DNA of 64,000 nt from Gammaproteobacteria bacterium (GCA_028293765.1 JAQGOG010000045.1:22856-86855), one strand, 5' to 3'. Positions 7,932 through 17,691 are shown, counted from the stretch's first letter. Notes: a model not told the origin generated them from the sequence alone. Program-made: numbers and translations.

Positions 7932-10900
7932 GTGATGTCCGTGAGAAACACCGCAGCCGCTGCCCTGGGCTATCTGGAAAAAACCTTCGGGGAACGTCTT
8001 TACAGCGAGGCTGAGCGGCTGGTCGAGGGCGGCTGCGTGCTCGACGTGCGCATTCTTCAGGGCGGCGCCGTAGTGACCGGGGTGGTTGCCGCCAATGCGC
8101 AGGCAAGTCAGCCTGCAGGTAGGCATCGCGTCTATATTCGTCGTTCGGATGAGCGGCGCTCCAATGGCGTGACGATCGTGAGCACGCCGGGGCAGAACAT
8201 TGAGGCTCTGACGGCGGCGGACCCGCAAATCGATGGTGAGTGCAGCTGCGGCGATCGCAGTCCTTGCGTCCACGTTGCCGCGGTGTCGATTGCGGCGCAG
8301 AAGCAGGCACTGACGCCAGCACCCGTCCTTCGTCGAACTGGCGCCGAGCAGTCGCCGCAGCGGTCGGCGGCAGCGGCGTTGACGCAAAGCACCCCGGCGC
8401 AGCAACAGCGCCTCTACTATGTTCTCGAGAACTCAGGAGCGGAAGCTGCCGGGCGCAGGCCTTCAGCCGCGATCCAGATCGCTGCCTGGGTGGCCCAGAC
8501 CCTACCGGGAAGCGACCGCATCCGCGCCGACAGCGCGCATCCTTTCGCACCGAGAGCTTCGCTTGGCAGCACGGAGTTCCCGCGGTATGTCGACCCATGC
8601 GATAAAGAGATTCTGAAAGCGCTGAACGCGCGTCAGATGGATGGGCCTTGGGAAGTGCGTGGCGAGGCGGCAGCTGAGCTGCTTCGGCAGATGGTCGCCA
8701 CCGGCCGCGCGTTCTGGCAATCGTTGCGCGGTCGAGCGCTGCGCTCCGGCGCTCCCCGGCAGGCGCTGTTTGCATGGGAGGCGTTGCCGAACGGCAATCA
8801 GGAACTGCGTTGCCAGGCCGGCAGCTCAGTCGACGTCTTTCTGGAAGTCGAGCCCGCGATGTATATCGACTCCACGGCTGGCGAATTGGGGCTTCTCGAG
8901 CTCTCCTGCCCCTTGAGCCTGTTACGAGACTATTCGAACCGACCCGCGATCCCACCGGAGCAGGTGGCTGCCGTCAACGAGCAGATCTCACTGGACACCG
9001 GTACGGTGGCTTTCCCTCGCCTGCAAACGTTGCCGCCGCAAAGACAAGCGCTGGCCACCCTCGAGGCGAGGCTGGTTTTGTCAGCGGGCCCTGACGGTTC
9101 GACGCGTACACTTTATTTCGTCTACAACGGGCTGCCCGTCGACAGCCGCAGATTGCATGGCGAACAGGCCAGTCTGCGCCAAATGTTGGACGGCACACTC
9201 TACGAAATCGACCGTGACCGGGGCGTCGAGCGACAGCTGCTGGCGCAATTCGAGCAACTCGTGCCGGCGGCAGCGGAAAGTCGCGAGAAATGGTTTGCGT
9301 TCATGCTGGAAGGGGTCCCGGTACTGCAGGCCCATGGCTGGGAAGTTTGCGTCGACAGCCGCTTCCCGTATCGCATCGCCCGGCCCGAGAACTGGTATGG
9401 CGATCTGGACACGGATCGCCGGCCGGGCTGGTTCAACCTGCGGCTGGGCGTCGTGGTGGAGGGCCAGCATGTCAATCTGCTGCCCGCCCTCGCCCGCTAT
9501 CTCCAGACGTCACTGTCAGGCGATGCAGCTGTCGAGAGCGAAGCGCCTGTCGCTGACGAGGCGGGCTGTCGCGTGGGCGAGCAATGGCTCGTACTCCTGG
9601 ACGACGGTCGCTACCTGCCGATCGCGATCGAACGCATTCAGCGCATCGCCAACACGCTGGTGGAGCTTTTCGACCGGGACGGCCTCACCGGGCTGCAGGC
9701 GCTGTCCCTGCCCAGGAGCCAGACGGGCCGGCTGGCACAACTTTCCCGCGAGCTGAACGGACCTGTGCTGCGTGCGGATGACGCAGCGCTGCGCGCCCTG
9801 ATCGACGATCTCGAGGTTTCCGGCGGGGTGAAGGCGCTGGCAGCACCTGCGCACTTTCGGGCGGCCCTGCGTCCGTACCAGGAAGAAGGACTGGGTTGGC
9901 TGCAGTTCCTGCGCCGGCATCGTCTCGGCGGCATCCTCGCCGATGACATGGGCTTGGGAAAGACAGTGCAAACGCTGGCGCACCTCGCGCTGGAGAAGCA
10001 GCAAGGCCGCTTGAACAAGCCTTCGCTCATCGTCGCTCCCGTCAGCACCCTCGGCAACTGGCAACAGGAGATCCACCGGTTCGCGCCGGAGCTGCAATGC
10101 CTCACGCTGCACGGGGCCAAGCGCAGGGAATCGTTTCCTCGCATCGATGAAGTCGACGTCGTCATAACCGGCTACCCGTCGTTGCAACTCGACAGCGACA
10201 CGCTGCTGGCCCGGGATTTCTATCTCGTCATTCTCGACGAGGCCCAGACGATCAAAAACCCGCGCGCCAAGGTTTCACAGGCGGCGCGCGCGTTGCGATC
10301 GGACTACCGTCTGTGCCTGACGGGCACTCCCGTCGAGAACCACCTGGGCGAATTGTGGTCGCTGTTCGATTTCGTGCAGCCCGGCCTGCTGGGCGATGAA
10401 CGGCACTTCCAACGGCATTACCGGACGCCCATCGAGAAGAATGGCAACCGGCCGCGCGCGCAGGCGCTGGCGCAACGACTCGCCCCTTTTCTCCTGCGGC
10501 GGACGAAAGACGCGGTCGCGCGGGATCTGCCGCCAAAGACGGAAATCGTCGAAGCCATCGCCCTCGACGAGACACAGCGGGACTTCTACGACGGCATCCG
10601 TCTCGCGACCCACCGGCGCATTCAGGAAGTCGTTCGGCAACACGGTCTCGCCCGCAGCCAGATCACGATACTCGACGCCCTGTTGAAGTTGCGGCAGGCG
10701 TGTTGCGATCCGCGGCTTCTGGAGGTGGCGGCCGGCAAGGACGAGATCCCCTCGGCAAAGCTGGACTGGCTGTCGACGGTGCTACCGGAGCTCATCGAGG
10801 AGGGGCGCCGCGTCCTGCTGTTTTCGCAATTCACCTCGATGCTGCGCCTCATCGAGGCGGCGGTGACCGGCCTGGGCATTCCGTATTGCCTCCTCACCGG

Positions 10901-11258
10901 GGAGACGCAAAATCGCTCCGACGTGATTGCGCGCTTTCAATCCGGCGCCGTCCCCTTGTTCCTGATCAGCCTCAAGGCCGGCGGCACCGGCCTCAACCTC
11001 ACGGCTGCGGATACCGTCATTCACTACGATCCCTGGTGGAATCCCGCGGTCGAGGCGCAGGCGACCGACCGCGCCCATCGCATCGGCCAGGACAAACCCG
11101 TCTTCGTCTACAAGCTCATCGCGCAGGGCACGGTGGAGGAAAGAATAATGCAGTTGCAAGCGACCAAACACGAGCTCGCGAGCCGGTTGTACACGCAGAA
11201 CAGTGCCGCGCCGGCCTCCTGGACGGCTGCGGATCTCGAAGCTCTGTTTGCACCGTGA
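7932..11258 (+). CDS. SWIM zinc-finger / SNF2-family DNA-dependent ATPase (YwqA-like bacterial SNF2 helicase)
   Basis: 1108 aa. SWIM motif CSCGDRSPCVH. SNF2 motifs LADDMGLGKT, LDEAQTIKN, LTGTPVEN. Helicase-C motifs SLKAGGTGLNLT and TDRAHRIGQ. GTG at 7932 is immediately followed by ATG at 7935. Confidence 0.9.
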   Translation: MMSVRNTAAAALGYLEKTFGERLYSEAERLVEGGCVLDVRILQGGAVVTGVVAANAQASQPAGRHRVYIRRSDERRSNGVTIVSTPGQNIEALTAADPQIDGECSCGDRSPCVHVAAVSIAAQKQALTPAPVLRRTGAEQSPQRSAAAALTQSTPAQQQRLYYVLENSGAEAAGRRPSAAIQIAAWVAQTLPGSDRIRADSAHPFAPRASLGSTEFPRYVDPCDKEILKALNARQMDGPWEVRGEAAAELLRQMVATGRAFWQSLRGRALRSGAPRQALFAWEALPNGNQELRCQAGSSVDVFLEVEPAMYIDSTAGELGLLELSCPLSLLRDYSNRPAIPPEQVAAVNEQISLDTGTVAFPRLQTLPPQRQALATLEARLVLSAGPDGSTRTLYFVYNGLPVDSRRLHGEQASLRQMLDGTLYEIDRDRGVERQLLAQFEQLVPAAAESREKWFAFMLEGVPVLQAHGWEVCVDSRFPYRIARPENWYGDLDTDRRPGWFNLRLGVVVEGQHVNLLPALARYLQTSLSGDAAVESEAPVADEAGCRVGEQWLVLLDDGRYLPIAIERIQRIANTLVELFDRDGLTGLQALSLPRSQTGRLAQLSRELNGPVLRADDAALRALIDDLEVSGGVKALAAPAHFRAALRPYQEEGLGWLQFLRRHRLGGILADDMGLGKTVQTLAHLALEKQQGRLNKPSLIVAPVSTLGNWQQEIHRFAPELQCLTLHGAKRRESFPRIDEVDVVITGYPSLQLDSDTLLARDFYLVILDEAQTIKNPRAKVSQAARALRSDYRLCLTGTPVENHLGELWSLFDFVQPGLLGDERHFQRHYRTPIEKNGNRPRAQALAQRLAPFLLRRTKDAVARDLPPKTEIVEAIALDETQRDFYDGIRLATHRRIQEVVRQHGLARSQITILDALLKLRQACCDPRLLEVAAGKDEIPSAKLDWLSTVLPELIEEGRRVLLFSQFTSMLRLIEAAVTGLGIPYCLLTGETQNRSDVIARFQSGAVPLFLISLKAGGTGLNLTAADTVIHYDPWWNPAVEAQATDRAHRIGQDKPVFVYKLIAQGTVEERIMQLQATKHELASRLYTQNSAAPASWTAADLEALFAP

Positions 11259-12568
11259 TGGCTATCGATACCTCGCTGCAGGCACAGGTCGATGCGCAGC
11301 TCATGGAGCAAGGCGCATTTGCCCCACTGGAACTCCTCTTCAACTCCGGACGCCTGCTCTACAGCGACTACGAAAGCTGGCGCCGGCGGCAGGTGCCGCT
11401 ACTCGATGGCGTACTGATGGGTAACAGAGAGAAAATCGCCGCGGAAATAGAGCAGGCAGTCGCCTACGCACGCAGCATCGGTTTAGTGGAGCAGCCGCAA
11501 GAGTTCTTTGCGTGGCACACCCCGAGCCCGGCGGAGATATCCGCGGACGAGCAGCCGGAAAGCCTCTCCAAGGCCCACACGCTGAGCGCGGTCAGCGCGG
11601 GCGGCAGCGACAAGCCCCTGCGCATAAGCGCGGACGCGCAGCTGCAACGGCTCATCGGCAGCCGCTACATTCCCGCGCAGAACGCGCCGCAAATGGATCT
11701 GTTCTTCGACAATCCGGTCGTGGCCCTGGCCAACGGCATCGTAATGGCCCTGACCACGCGGAACCTGGCCGACGCGCACAGGCAACTGGACAGGCTGTAC
11801 GCGCAGGCGCCGAACCACTCGGACCTCGCCGCGTTCGATCAACTCCTTGCGGCACTCGGCCTGCTGGGGCACGCCGGTAACGATCCAGGCGCGGAGTTGG
11901 ATTTCCTCCTCGAGGTCACCCCTACTGCCCGGCGCCTGCTGGGTGCGCAATCGAGAGATCTGCTGTCACCGTTATGGCTGCAGCTGGCGGACACCCTGCG
12001 GGGCACCGCCTATTCGCCCGACCAAGCCACTCTGCATCGCAGTTTCGCTTTGAGTCAGGCGCAGGACTGGGCCGCTGTCAGTGACAGCGTACTCGGCGAG
12101 CCCGACTGGCAACTGCATGCGGTGCTGTGCATGCGGCTGGTCGAGAGCGCGTTTTGCCGCCGGCGTCGCGTTGAAGGGCTGCTGGCCTGGTGCCATCTGT
12201 GTTGGGCTGCACCCGAGCACGCCGCAGACGCGGTGAGCAGACTCAGACAGCCTGACCTGACCGCGTTGTGGCAACACTTCCTCGACAGTGAGCCGGACCT
12301 GCCGGTGTCGGGACACTCGGCGGAGCCTGCACTGAGCGCCGCTGACTTCCCGGCATGGCTATTGCTTCGCGAACCGGGGCTGGCGCTGCAGCTGCCCGCG
12401 GATCTGCCGGTACGCAGCTCCCCTGCGCAAGACAATTACCGCTGCGTGCATCGCTGGATCCAGGCCCGGCGCGCAAATCGCGCGGCCGAGGAAGTGGCGC
12501 TGCGCAAAACGCTGCAGGCGAGCCATCCGATCCTGTTCGAAGTGCTCAAACAATCCGTGCGCAAGTAA
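11258..12568 (+). CDS. Hypothetical protein (436 aa), translationally coupled to the SNF2 helicase
   Basis: ATG 11258-11260 shares its A with the helicase stop TGA 11256-11258 (TGATG). The composition is Leu/Ala-rich and helical-looking. I recognise no domain. The 622-aa ORF-track version is an out-of-frame upstream extension inside the helicase gene. Confidence 0.6.
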   Translation: MAIDTSLQAQVDAQLMEQGAFAPLELLFNSGRLLYSDYESWRRRQVPLLDGVLMGNREKIAAEIEQAVAYARSIGLVEQPQEFFAWHTPSPAEISADEQPESLSKAHTLSAVSAGGSDKPLRISADAQLQRLIGSRYIPAQNAPQMDLFFDNPVVALANGIVMALTTRNLADAHRQLDRLYAQAPNHSDLAAFDQLLAALGLLGHAGNDPGAELDFLLEVTPTARRLLGAQSRDLLSPLWLQLADTLRGTAYSPDQATLHRSFALSQAQDWAAVSDSVLGEPDWQLHAVLCMRLVESAFCRRRRVEGLLAWCHLCWAAPEHAADAVSRLRQPDLTALWQHFLDSEPDLPVSGHSAEPALSAADFPAWLLLREPGLALQLPADLPVRSSPAQDNYRCVHRWIQARRANRAAEEVALRKTLQASHPILFEVLKQSVRK

Positions 12569-12582
12569 GCAAAAGCGCAGCT

Positions 12583-13767
12583 TCACACGATTCCGCTGCC
12601 GGACGTCCTCTGCGCAGGGCGCTTTGCAGCGCACGCCGCGCGATAGCGGCTGGCACGATACGCACCGATCGGATCGATTGCCGCGCCCTTCAGCTGCCGT
12701 GCTCGGGCGAGTATCGGATGCACATCCGTCGTATACGCACGCTTCAGCGTCTGCGTTGCCATCAGCGCATCGTTGTCATGCTGGTATGCCGCCAGGGCCT
12801 CTCGATCTACGAGCAACGCCTGCGCATAGGCACGCTGTAACTCGATCGCACTCACCATCAGGCTTTCCAGCGGGTCCGTCACGTTATGCGACTGATCGAG
12901 CATGTGCGCCGGGGAGAAGTTCGGCGCCCGGCGCCGTTGCGCATCCACGAGCTCATTGAAGATCAGGAACAGCCGGAACGGATCGATCGAGCCCGCGTCG
13001 AGATCGTCGTCGCCGTACTTCGAATCGTTGAAATGGAAGCCGCCGAGGCGTTGCGCATGCACCAGCCGCGCAACGATCATCTCGATGTTGACATGGGGCG
13101 CATGATGCCCCAGGTCGACCAGGCAGAAGGCCTTGGGTCCCAGCGTCTGCGCGGCCATCAGCGAGCTGCCCCAGTCCTGGATGACGGTGGCGTAGAAGGC
13201 CGGCTCGTACATCTTGTGCTCGATGAGCAGTCGCCAGTCATCCGGCAGCGCCGCGTAGATCCGCGCGGCGGAGTCGAGATACCGCTCGAATGCCCGTGCC
13301 AGATGCTGCTGTCCCGGAAAGTTGGCGCCATCGCCGATCCACAGGGTCAAAGCCTTCGACCCCAGGATCCGGCCGATGCGGATGCACTCCACATTGTGGG
13401 CGATCGCCTGCTCCCGCACAGCGCCGTCGGTGTGCGTGAGGCTGCCAAACTTGTAGGACCAGGCCTGTCCCGGCCGATCCTGAAAGGTGTTGGAGTTGAC
13501 GGCGTCGAACCCGAGCTTGGCCGCCGCGGCCTGCTCCTGCAGCGCGGGCAGATCCTGCGTCTGGTCCCACGGGAGGTGCAACGACACGGTCGGTGTCGCT
13601 CCCGTCAATGCATTGACCACCGCGCAATCTTCGAGCTTCTCGAAGACATTGCGCGGTTCGCCGGGTCCGGGAAAACGCGCGAAACGGGTTCCCCCGGTGC
13701 CCACACCCCATGAAGGGATTGCCACGCCGAAACTCGCCACCGCCGCAGTGATCGCCTCGACGTCCAC
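12583..13767 (-). CDS. rhaI: L-rhamnose isomerase of the Pseudomonas stutzeri / Rhizobium type (TIM-barrel), 5'-truncated and possibly a pseudogene
   Basis: Near-colinear resemblance to P. stutzeri L-RhI as I remember it (PSWGVGTGGTRFARFPG, HKMYEPAFY, VDLGHHAP, GGFHFNDSKYGDDDLD, DQSHNVTDP). Homology continues upstream of GTG 13767 to about 13806-13815 with no in-frame start codon. Confidence 0.75.
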   Translation of the reverse strand: MDVEAITAAVASFGVAIPSWGVGTGGTRFARFPGPGEPRNVFEKLEDCAVVNALTGATPTVSLHLPWDQTQDLPALQEQAAAAKLGFDAVNSNTFQDRPGQAWSYKFGSLTHTDGAVREQAIAHNVECIRIGRILGSKALTLWIGDGANFPGQQHLARAFERYLDSAARIYAALPDDWRLLIEHKMYEPAFYATVIQDWGSSLMAAQTLGPKAFCLVDLGHHAPHVNIEMIVARLVHAQRLGGFHFNDSKYGDDDLDAGSIDPFRLFLIFNELVDAQRRRAPNFSPAHMLDQSHNVTDPLESLMVSAIELQRAYAQALLVDREALAAYQHDNDALMATQTLKRAYTTDVHPILARARQLKGAAIDPIGAYRASRYRAACAAKRPAQRTSGSGIV

Positions 13768-13805
13768 GCCTCGGCGCGCCAGTAGCGCGGCGACGTCCGC
13801 GTACT

Positions 13806-14720
13806 CCGCAATTCTGGGCGTGGCGCCTGAGCGGCGTGCGGGCCGGCGAGGTGACTTCGCTAGGTTGTCACACTGACCTGTGGCGACCTGAGCGAAGGTC
13901 GCTGTCTGCCGCAGCCTGGCTACGAGGTTGGGCGCCTCTGCTGGCGCCCACGCGATTCGCGGGCGACACGCTGGGAGTGTTGACCCCGCAGATCGCGGCC
14001 GCCACCGGCCTCAGTCCTACCTGTCGCGTCGTGTGTGGCATCCACGACTCCAACGCGTCCTATCTGCAGCACCTGCTCGACCGCCGCCATGAGCCCTTCT
14101 GCGTCGTTTCCAGCGGGACGTGGACCGTCATCATGGCAAATCGAGCCGACCTGTCGGCTTTGCGCGCGGAGCGCGACATGCTGGCCAACGTCGATGCTTT
14201 TGGCGCACCCGTCGGCACCGCCCGTTTCATGGGCGGCCGCGAGTATGAGGCGATAGCGCGTACCGCCGAGCTGCCGACACTTGCAGGCGTGAACGAAGTG
14301 ATGACCCGGTGCTCGCTCGTCATGCCGGCTCTCGCAAAAGCTGGCCCTTTCGCGGCCTGGCCGGGCACGCTCCTGCGGGCGGACGAGCTTCGGCCGCCCG
14401 AGCGCGCGGCGCTCGCGACCCTTTATATAGCGCTGAGGAGCGATCTGTTGATCGAATTACTCGGCGCCGAGGGCGATATCCTGATCGACGGCCCGCTCGC
14501 TGTGAATCCGTTGTACGGCTCGCTGTTGGCAACATGGTCTGCGGGCCGGCGGGTATTTGCCGCCGGTGCCTCAGGAGGCTACGCGTCGGCTGTCTGCTTC
14601 CTCGCCGGATTTCCCGATGTTCCCGCGCCGCCGGCCAAGCGTCTCCAACGGCTCGAGCTGCCGGGTCTGACGGAATACCGCGCCGCCTGGCGGGACAGCC
14701 TGCCGATGCGCCCGAGTTAG
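13806..14720 (+). pseudogene. FGGY-family carbohydrate kinase (rhamnulokinase/RhaK-like) lacking its N-terminal ATPase domain
   Basis: Homology starts abruptly mid-protein (PQFWAWRLSG..EVTSLGCHTDLW...GIHDSNAS...SSGTW). The N-terminal ~150-200 aa of FGGY kinases are absent. The only start in frame is GTG 13836. The upstream sequence is the antisense of rhaI. Confidence 0.7.
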
Positions 14721-14748
14721 CGCGCGCTCAGCAGCAGCTTCCAAACGC

Positions 14749-15069
14749 TCAACGCGCCGGTGGCGCTGAGAGTACGAACATCGGCTCGAGCGCCTGCTCC
14801 TGCGGCGACTGATCGGGATGTGTGGCCATGATGTCGCTCATCAGCGACCACCAGCGACGCATGATTTCGGTAGTGCGCAGCCTGTCGAGGTCATGGTCGC
14901 GCCGTCGTGTCAGAACCGCAAAGAGATGCCCTGTCCGCGGATCGAGCCAGATGCGATAGTCGAGCGCGCCCGCCGCCAGCAGTCCGGCAGTCAACTCCGG
15001 CCAGATCTGGTCATGCCGACGCCGATACTCCTCGGCCTGGCCGGCGTGCAGGACCATGCGGAAAGCCAC
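14749..15069 (-). CDS. rhaM: L-rhamnose mutarotase
   Basis: 106 aa from GTG 15069. VVAFRMVLHAGQAEEYRRRHDQIWPEL...MRRWWSLMSDIM aligns with E. coli RhaM/YiiL as remembered. The longer 190-aa ORF overlaps psiF. Confidence 0.8.
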   Translation of the reverse strand: MAFRMVLHAGQAEEYRRRHDQIWPELTAGLLAAGALDYRIWLDPRTGHLFAVLTRRRDHDLDRLRTTEIMRRWWSLMSDIMATHPDQSPQEQALEPMFVLSAPPAR

Positions 15070-15173
15070 TACTTCGATGTCTTCGGTCTCGGTCGCCAAG
15101 AGCTGCTCCCTTCGGGAAAATTCGCCACCGCGCGCAACTGTTGGGACGCCAGTGCACCCTTTCAGGCAGCCTG

Positions 15174-15488
15174 TTAAGAAGTGCTCTTCAAACAGGCGCT
15201 CATGAACTTCTTGCGCTCGGCCCCGGTGAGGCCCTTGGTCTTCGCGTCCGCGTTGCAGGTTTTCATTTTCGCCTGCTGACTGTTCATGGGCTTGCTCGCC
15301 GCCGAGTCGGCCGACAGGCACTTCTGCATGAAGGTCTTGCGATCGGCGCCTGCCAGACCCCTGGTCTTCGCGTCAGCGTTGCAGGTCGTCATCTTGGACT
15401 GTTGAGTATTCTCGGCAACCGTCGGCTGCGTCAGAGCCCCAACGGCCAGTACCGCGCTCACCGCCACCAGCCACATTGAACATCTCAT
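15174..15488 (-). CDS. psiF: PsiF family (phosphate-starvation-inducible repeat) secreted protein
   Basis: 104 aa with a signal peptide. It has two PsiF repeats: KMTTCNADAKTRGLAGADRKTFMQKCL and KMKTCNADAKTKGLTGAERKKFMSACL. Confidence 0.8.
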   Translation of the reverse strand: MRCSMWLVAVSAVLAVGALTQPTVAENTQQSKMTTCNADAKTRGLAGADRKTFMQKCLSADSAASKPMNSQQAKMKTCNADAKTKGLTGAERKKFMSACLKSTS

Positions 15489-15646
15489 ACGTCCTCCCTC
15501 ATCGATCAGGATTATAGGCGCACCGCTATGATAATCCCCCGGCGCTCCGCCGTCCCCAAAATGAGGGGCGGCGGGTTGGAGAGCCCGTCCGATCAGACGG
15601 TCAGGTGCTTTTGTGCGAGCTCATCGGTGAGCTCGGCAATTGCGCC

Positions 15647-17425
15647 TTACTCCATATCCGGATACGGCCCCTTACCGCCGCCGGCAATGAACCGGCTGAT
15701 ATGCGACTCGAGTACCGGCAACGGAACCGAGCCCAGCTCCAACACCGCATCGTGGAACGCCCGGATATTGAAGCGCTCGCCAAGCGCCTGTTCCGCATTG
15801 GCGCGCACCTGATGAATTGCCTTTTCACCGAGATAATAGGAAAGCGCCTGCGCCGGCCACGCGATGTACCGATCCACCTCGGTCTGGATCTCGTGCTGCG
15901 GCAACGCCGTGTACTGCCGCAAGTAGTCTATTGACTGCTGGCGCGTCCAACCCTGCGCATGGACACCTGTGTCCACGACGAGCCGCGCCGCGCGCCAGAT
16001 CTGGTAGCCCAACATGCCGAACCGGTCGTACGGCGTGTCGTACATCCCCATTTCGACGCCGAGGCTCTCGCAATACAGAGCCCAACCCTCGCCGTACGCA
16101 GAAATGTAGGTGTGCTGCCGAAACTCCGGCTGGGCCTTGTGCTCCATCGCGATCGGCATTTGGAACGCATGGCCGGGTGCCGACTCGTGGAGCGTGAGGG
16201 CCGTCAGGTTGTAGATAGGACGATTCGGCAGGTCATACGTGTTGAGAAGGTAAACGCCCGGCCCGCCGCGGCCGGCAGTGTAGAACGGCGCGAGATCGTC
16301 CGGCACCGGCTTGATCGTGAAGCGTGCGCGGGGCAGGTAACCGAAGTATTGCGGAGCCTTGCCGTCGAACTTTTTCGCGATCCAGGCGGCGCGCATGAGC
16401 AGCTCATCCGGCGTCTTCGCATAAAACCGCGGCTCGGTGCGCAGGAACTGCAGAAAGGCCGGAAAACCGCCCTTGAAGCCCGTCTCCTGCATCACCGCGA
16501 GCATTTCCTTGTGCAGCCGGGCCACTTCCGCCAGCCCGAGCGCATGAATCGCGTCGGGCTCCATATCCAGCGTCGTGAACTCCCGGATCTTCGCTTGATA
16601 GAAGGCCTTGCCATCCGGTAAAGCCTGCGCGGCCAGCGTCGTGCGCAGCCCCGGTACATACTGTGTACGCACGAACTTCAGCAACTCAACGTAGGCCGGT
16701 TGCACGCTCTCCCGGATAGCCTTGAGGGCTTCAGCGCGGAGTTTGTCTTGCTGCGCGACGGGGACGCTGGGCATCTCCCTGAAGGGGGTGTAGAAGAGGC
16801 TCGCCTCCGGGGTAGCGTTCGTGACGGCGGTGATCGATGAGTCGCGCCCCTCCATCGTCACCCGCGGCGGTGTAAAGCCGCGCTTCATGCCAGCCCGCAT
16901 CTCGTCCATCTGTTCGCGGAAATAGCGCGGGACATCGCGCATCTGCGCAATCCAGTTCTTGTAGTCCTGCACCGAGCGAAAGGTCCGGCGCGCCGTGTAG
17001 CCCATATCGGTCCAGAAAGTGGTGTCGGAGTTGGCCGGCATCTCGAAATCGCGAAAACGCTGGTTCGCGATCAGCACTTCGATCTGCGGCCGATAGACGT
17101 CGTAGTTGACCTGCTCGGCAGGCGAGAGATCGCTGCGCGGGATCGAGTCCAGTTTACGAAGGACATCCTCCCAATAGTGCAGACGTACCTCCTGCGCGGC
17201 AGGGTCGACTTTCGGCAAGTGGTCCGCGATTGGCCTCTGCGCATCCTCGTCGTCAGCGAATTGATCCGTGCGCCACTTCCATTCGCTCGAATAGAGCGCC
17301 CGCAGACTGGCGTCCGCCGCGTCGTGCTGTTTGGACGCGGACTGCTGTTTCGATCCTTCTGAACAGGCGCTCATGGCGGCCACCGACATCGCGATCAAGA
17401 ACCCACGCGCAACCCATGCATGCAT
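15647..17425 (-). CDS. DUF885 domain protein (secreted, metallopeptidase-like HExxH)
   Basis: 592 aa with a signal peptide. HESAPGHAFQ motif. The size and sequence pattern are typical of DUF885. Confidence 0.85.
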   Translation of the reverse strand: MHAWVARGFLIAMSVAAMSACSEGSKQQSASKQHDAADASLRALYSSEWKWRTDQFADDEDAQRPIADHLPKVDPAAQEVRLHYWEDVLRKLDSIPRSDLSPAEQVNYDVYRPQIEVLIANQRFRDFEMPANSDTTFWTDMGYTARRTFRSVQDYKNWIAQMRDVPRYFREQMDEMRAGMKRGFTPPRVTMEGRDSSITAVTNATPEASLFYTPFREMPSVPVAQQDKLRAEALKAIRESVQPAYVELLKFVRTQYVPGLRTTLAAQALPDGKAFYQAKIREFTTLDMEPDAIHALGLAEVARLHKEMLAVMQETGFKGGFPAFLQFLRTEPRFYAKTPDELLMRAAWIAKKFDGKAPQYFGYLPRARFTIKPVPDDLAPFYTAGRGGPGVYLLNTYDLPNRPIYNLTALTLHESAPGHAFQMPIAMEHKAQPEFRQHTYISAYGEGWALYCESLGVEMGMYDTPYDRFGMLGYQIWRAARLVVDTGVHAQGWTRQQSIDYLRQYTALPQHEIQTEVDRYIAWPAQALSYYLGEKAIHQVRANAEQALGERFNIRAFHDAVLELGSVPLPVLESHISRFIAGGGKGPYPDME

Positions 17426-17562
17426 ACAAATCCTGCTCGTTTTACTCGAATCCTACTGGAACCCCAGCCTACTCTGCGGCAAGACGGCCAGCGCAGGGGA
17501 TGGATCCCCTCTGCCTCCGTGCCGTTGCGCGCCATTCCGGCCCCCCTTAGACTCACGCTCCG

Positions 17563-17622
17563 ATAAGGAGATGGCATTCCTCCTGGAACCGCCGCGCGAG
17601 CGGCTGATGATGCCTACGCTTG
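17563..17622 (+). promoter_or_regulatory. Fluoride riboswitch (crcB RNA motif)
   Basis: AGGAGAUGGCAUUCCUCCUGGAACCGCCGCGCGAGCGGCUGAUGAUGCCUACGC. P1 is GGAG/CUCC. The linker is AACCGCC-like. P3 is the hairpin GCCGC-GCGA-GCGGC. The conserved 3' CUGAUGAUGCCUAC can pair with AUGGCAU. It lies 70 nt upstream of crcB. Confidence 0.85.
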
Positions 17623-17691
17623 GCCCGTGCCGAAAGGCGTAGTCGCATGGCGAAGCCTGTCCGAAGGGGTCACTTCAATGGGGACAGGTCA

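Noticed and set aside
10700-12568. ORF-track starts giving much longer proteins: 10700 for the helicase partner, 43662 for the flippase, 60210 for the oxidoreductase, 62039 for the last GT4, 1723-2451 for GNAT, and 19944-20807 for PaaY.
   Set aside because: The extra N-terminal parts lie inside or antisense to neighbouring genes and are compositional junk. Family-typical N-termini begin at the internal starts I report.
7932-12568. SNF2 helicase as part of a known anti-phage system (DISARM DrmD, Zorya ZorD).
   Set aside because: No associated methyltransferase, PLD nuclease, DUF1998 helicase partner or ZorABC-like genes are adjacent. The SWIM plus SNF2 architecture matches the YwqA-like family instead.
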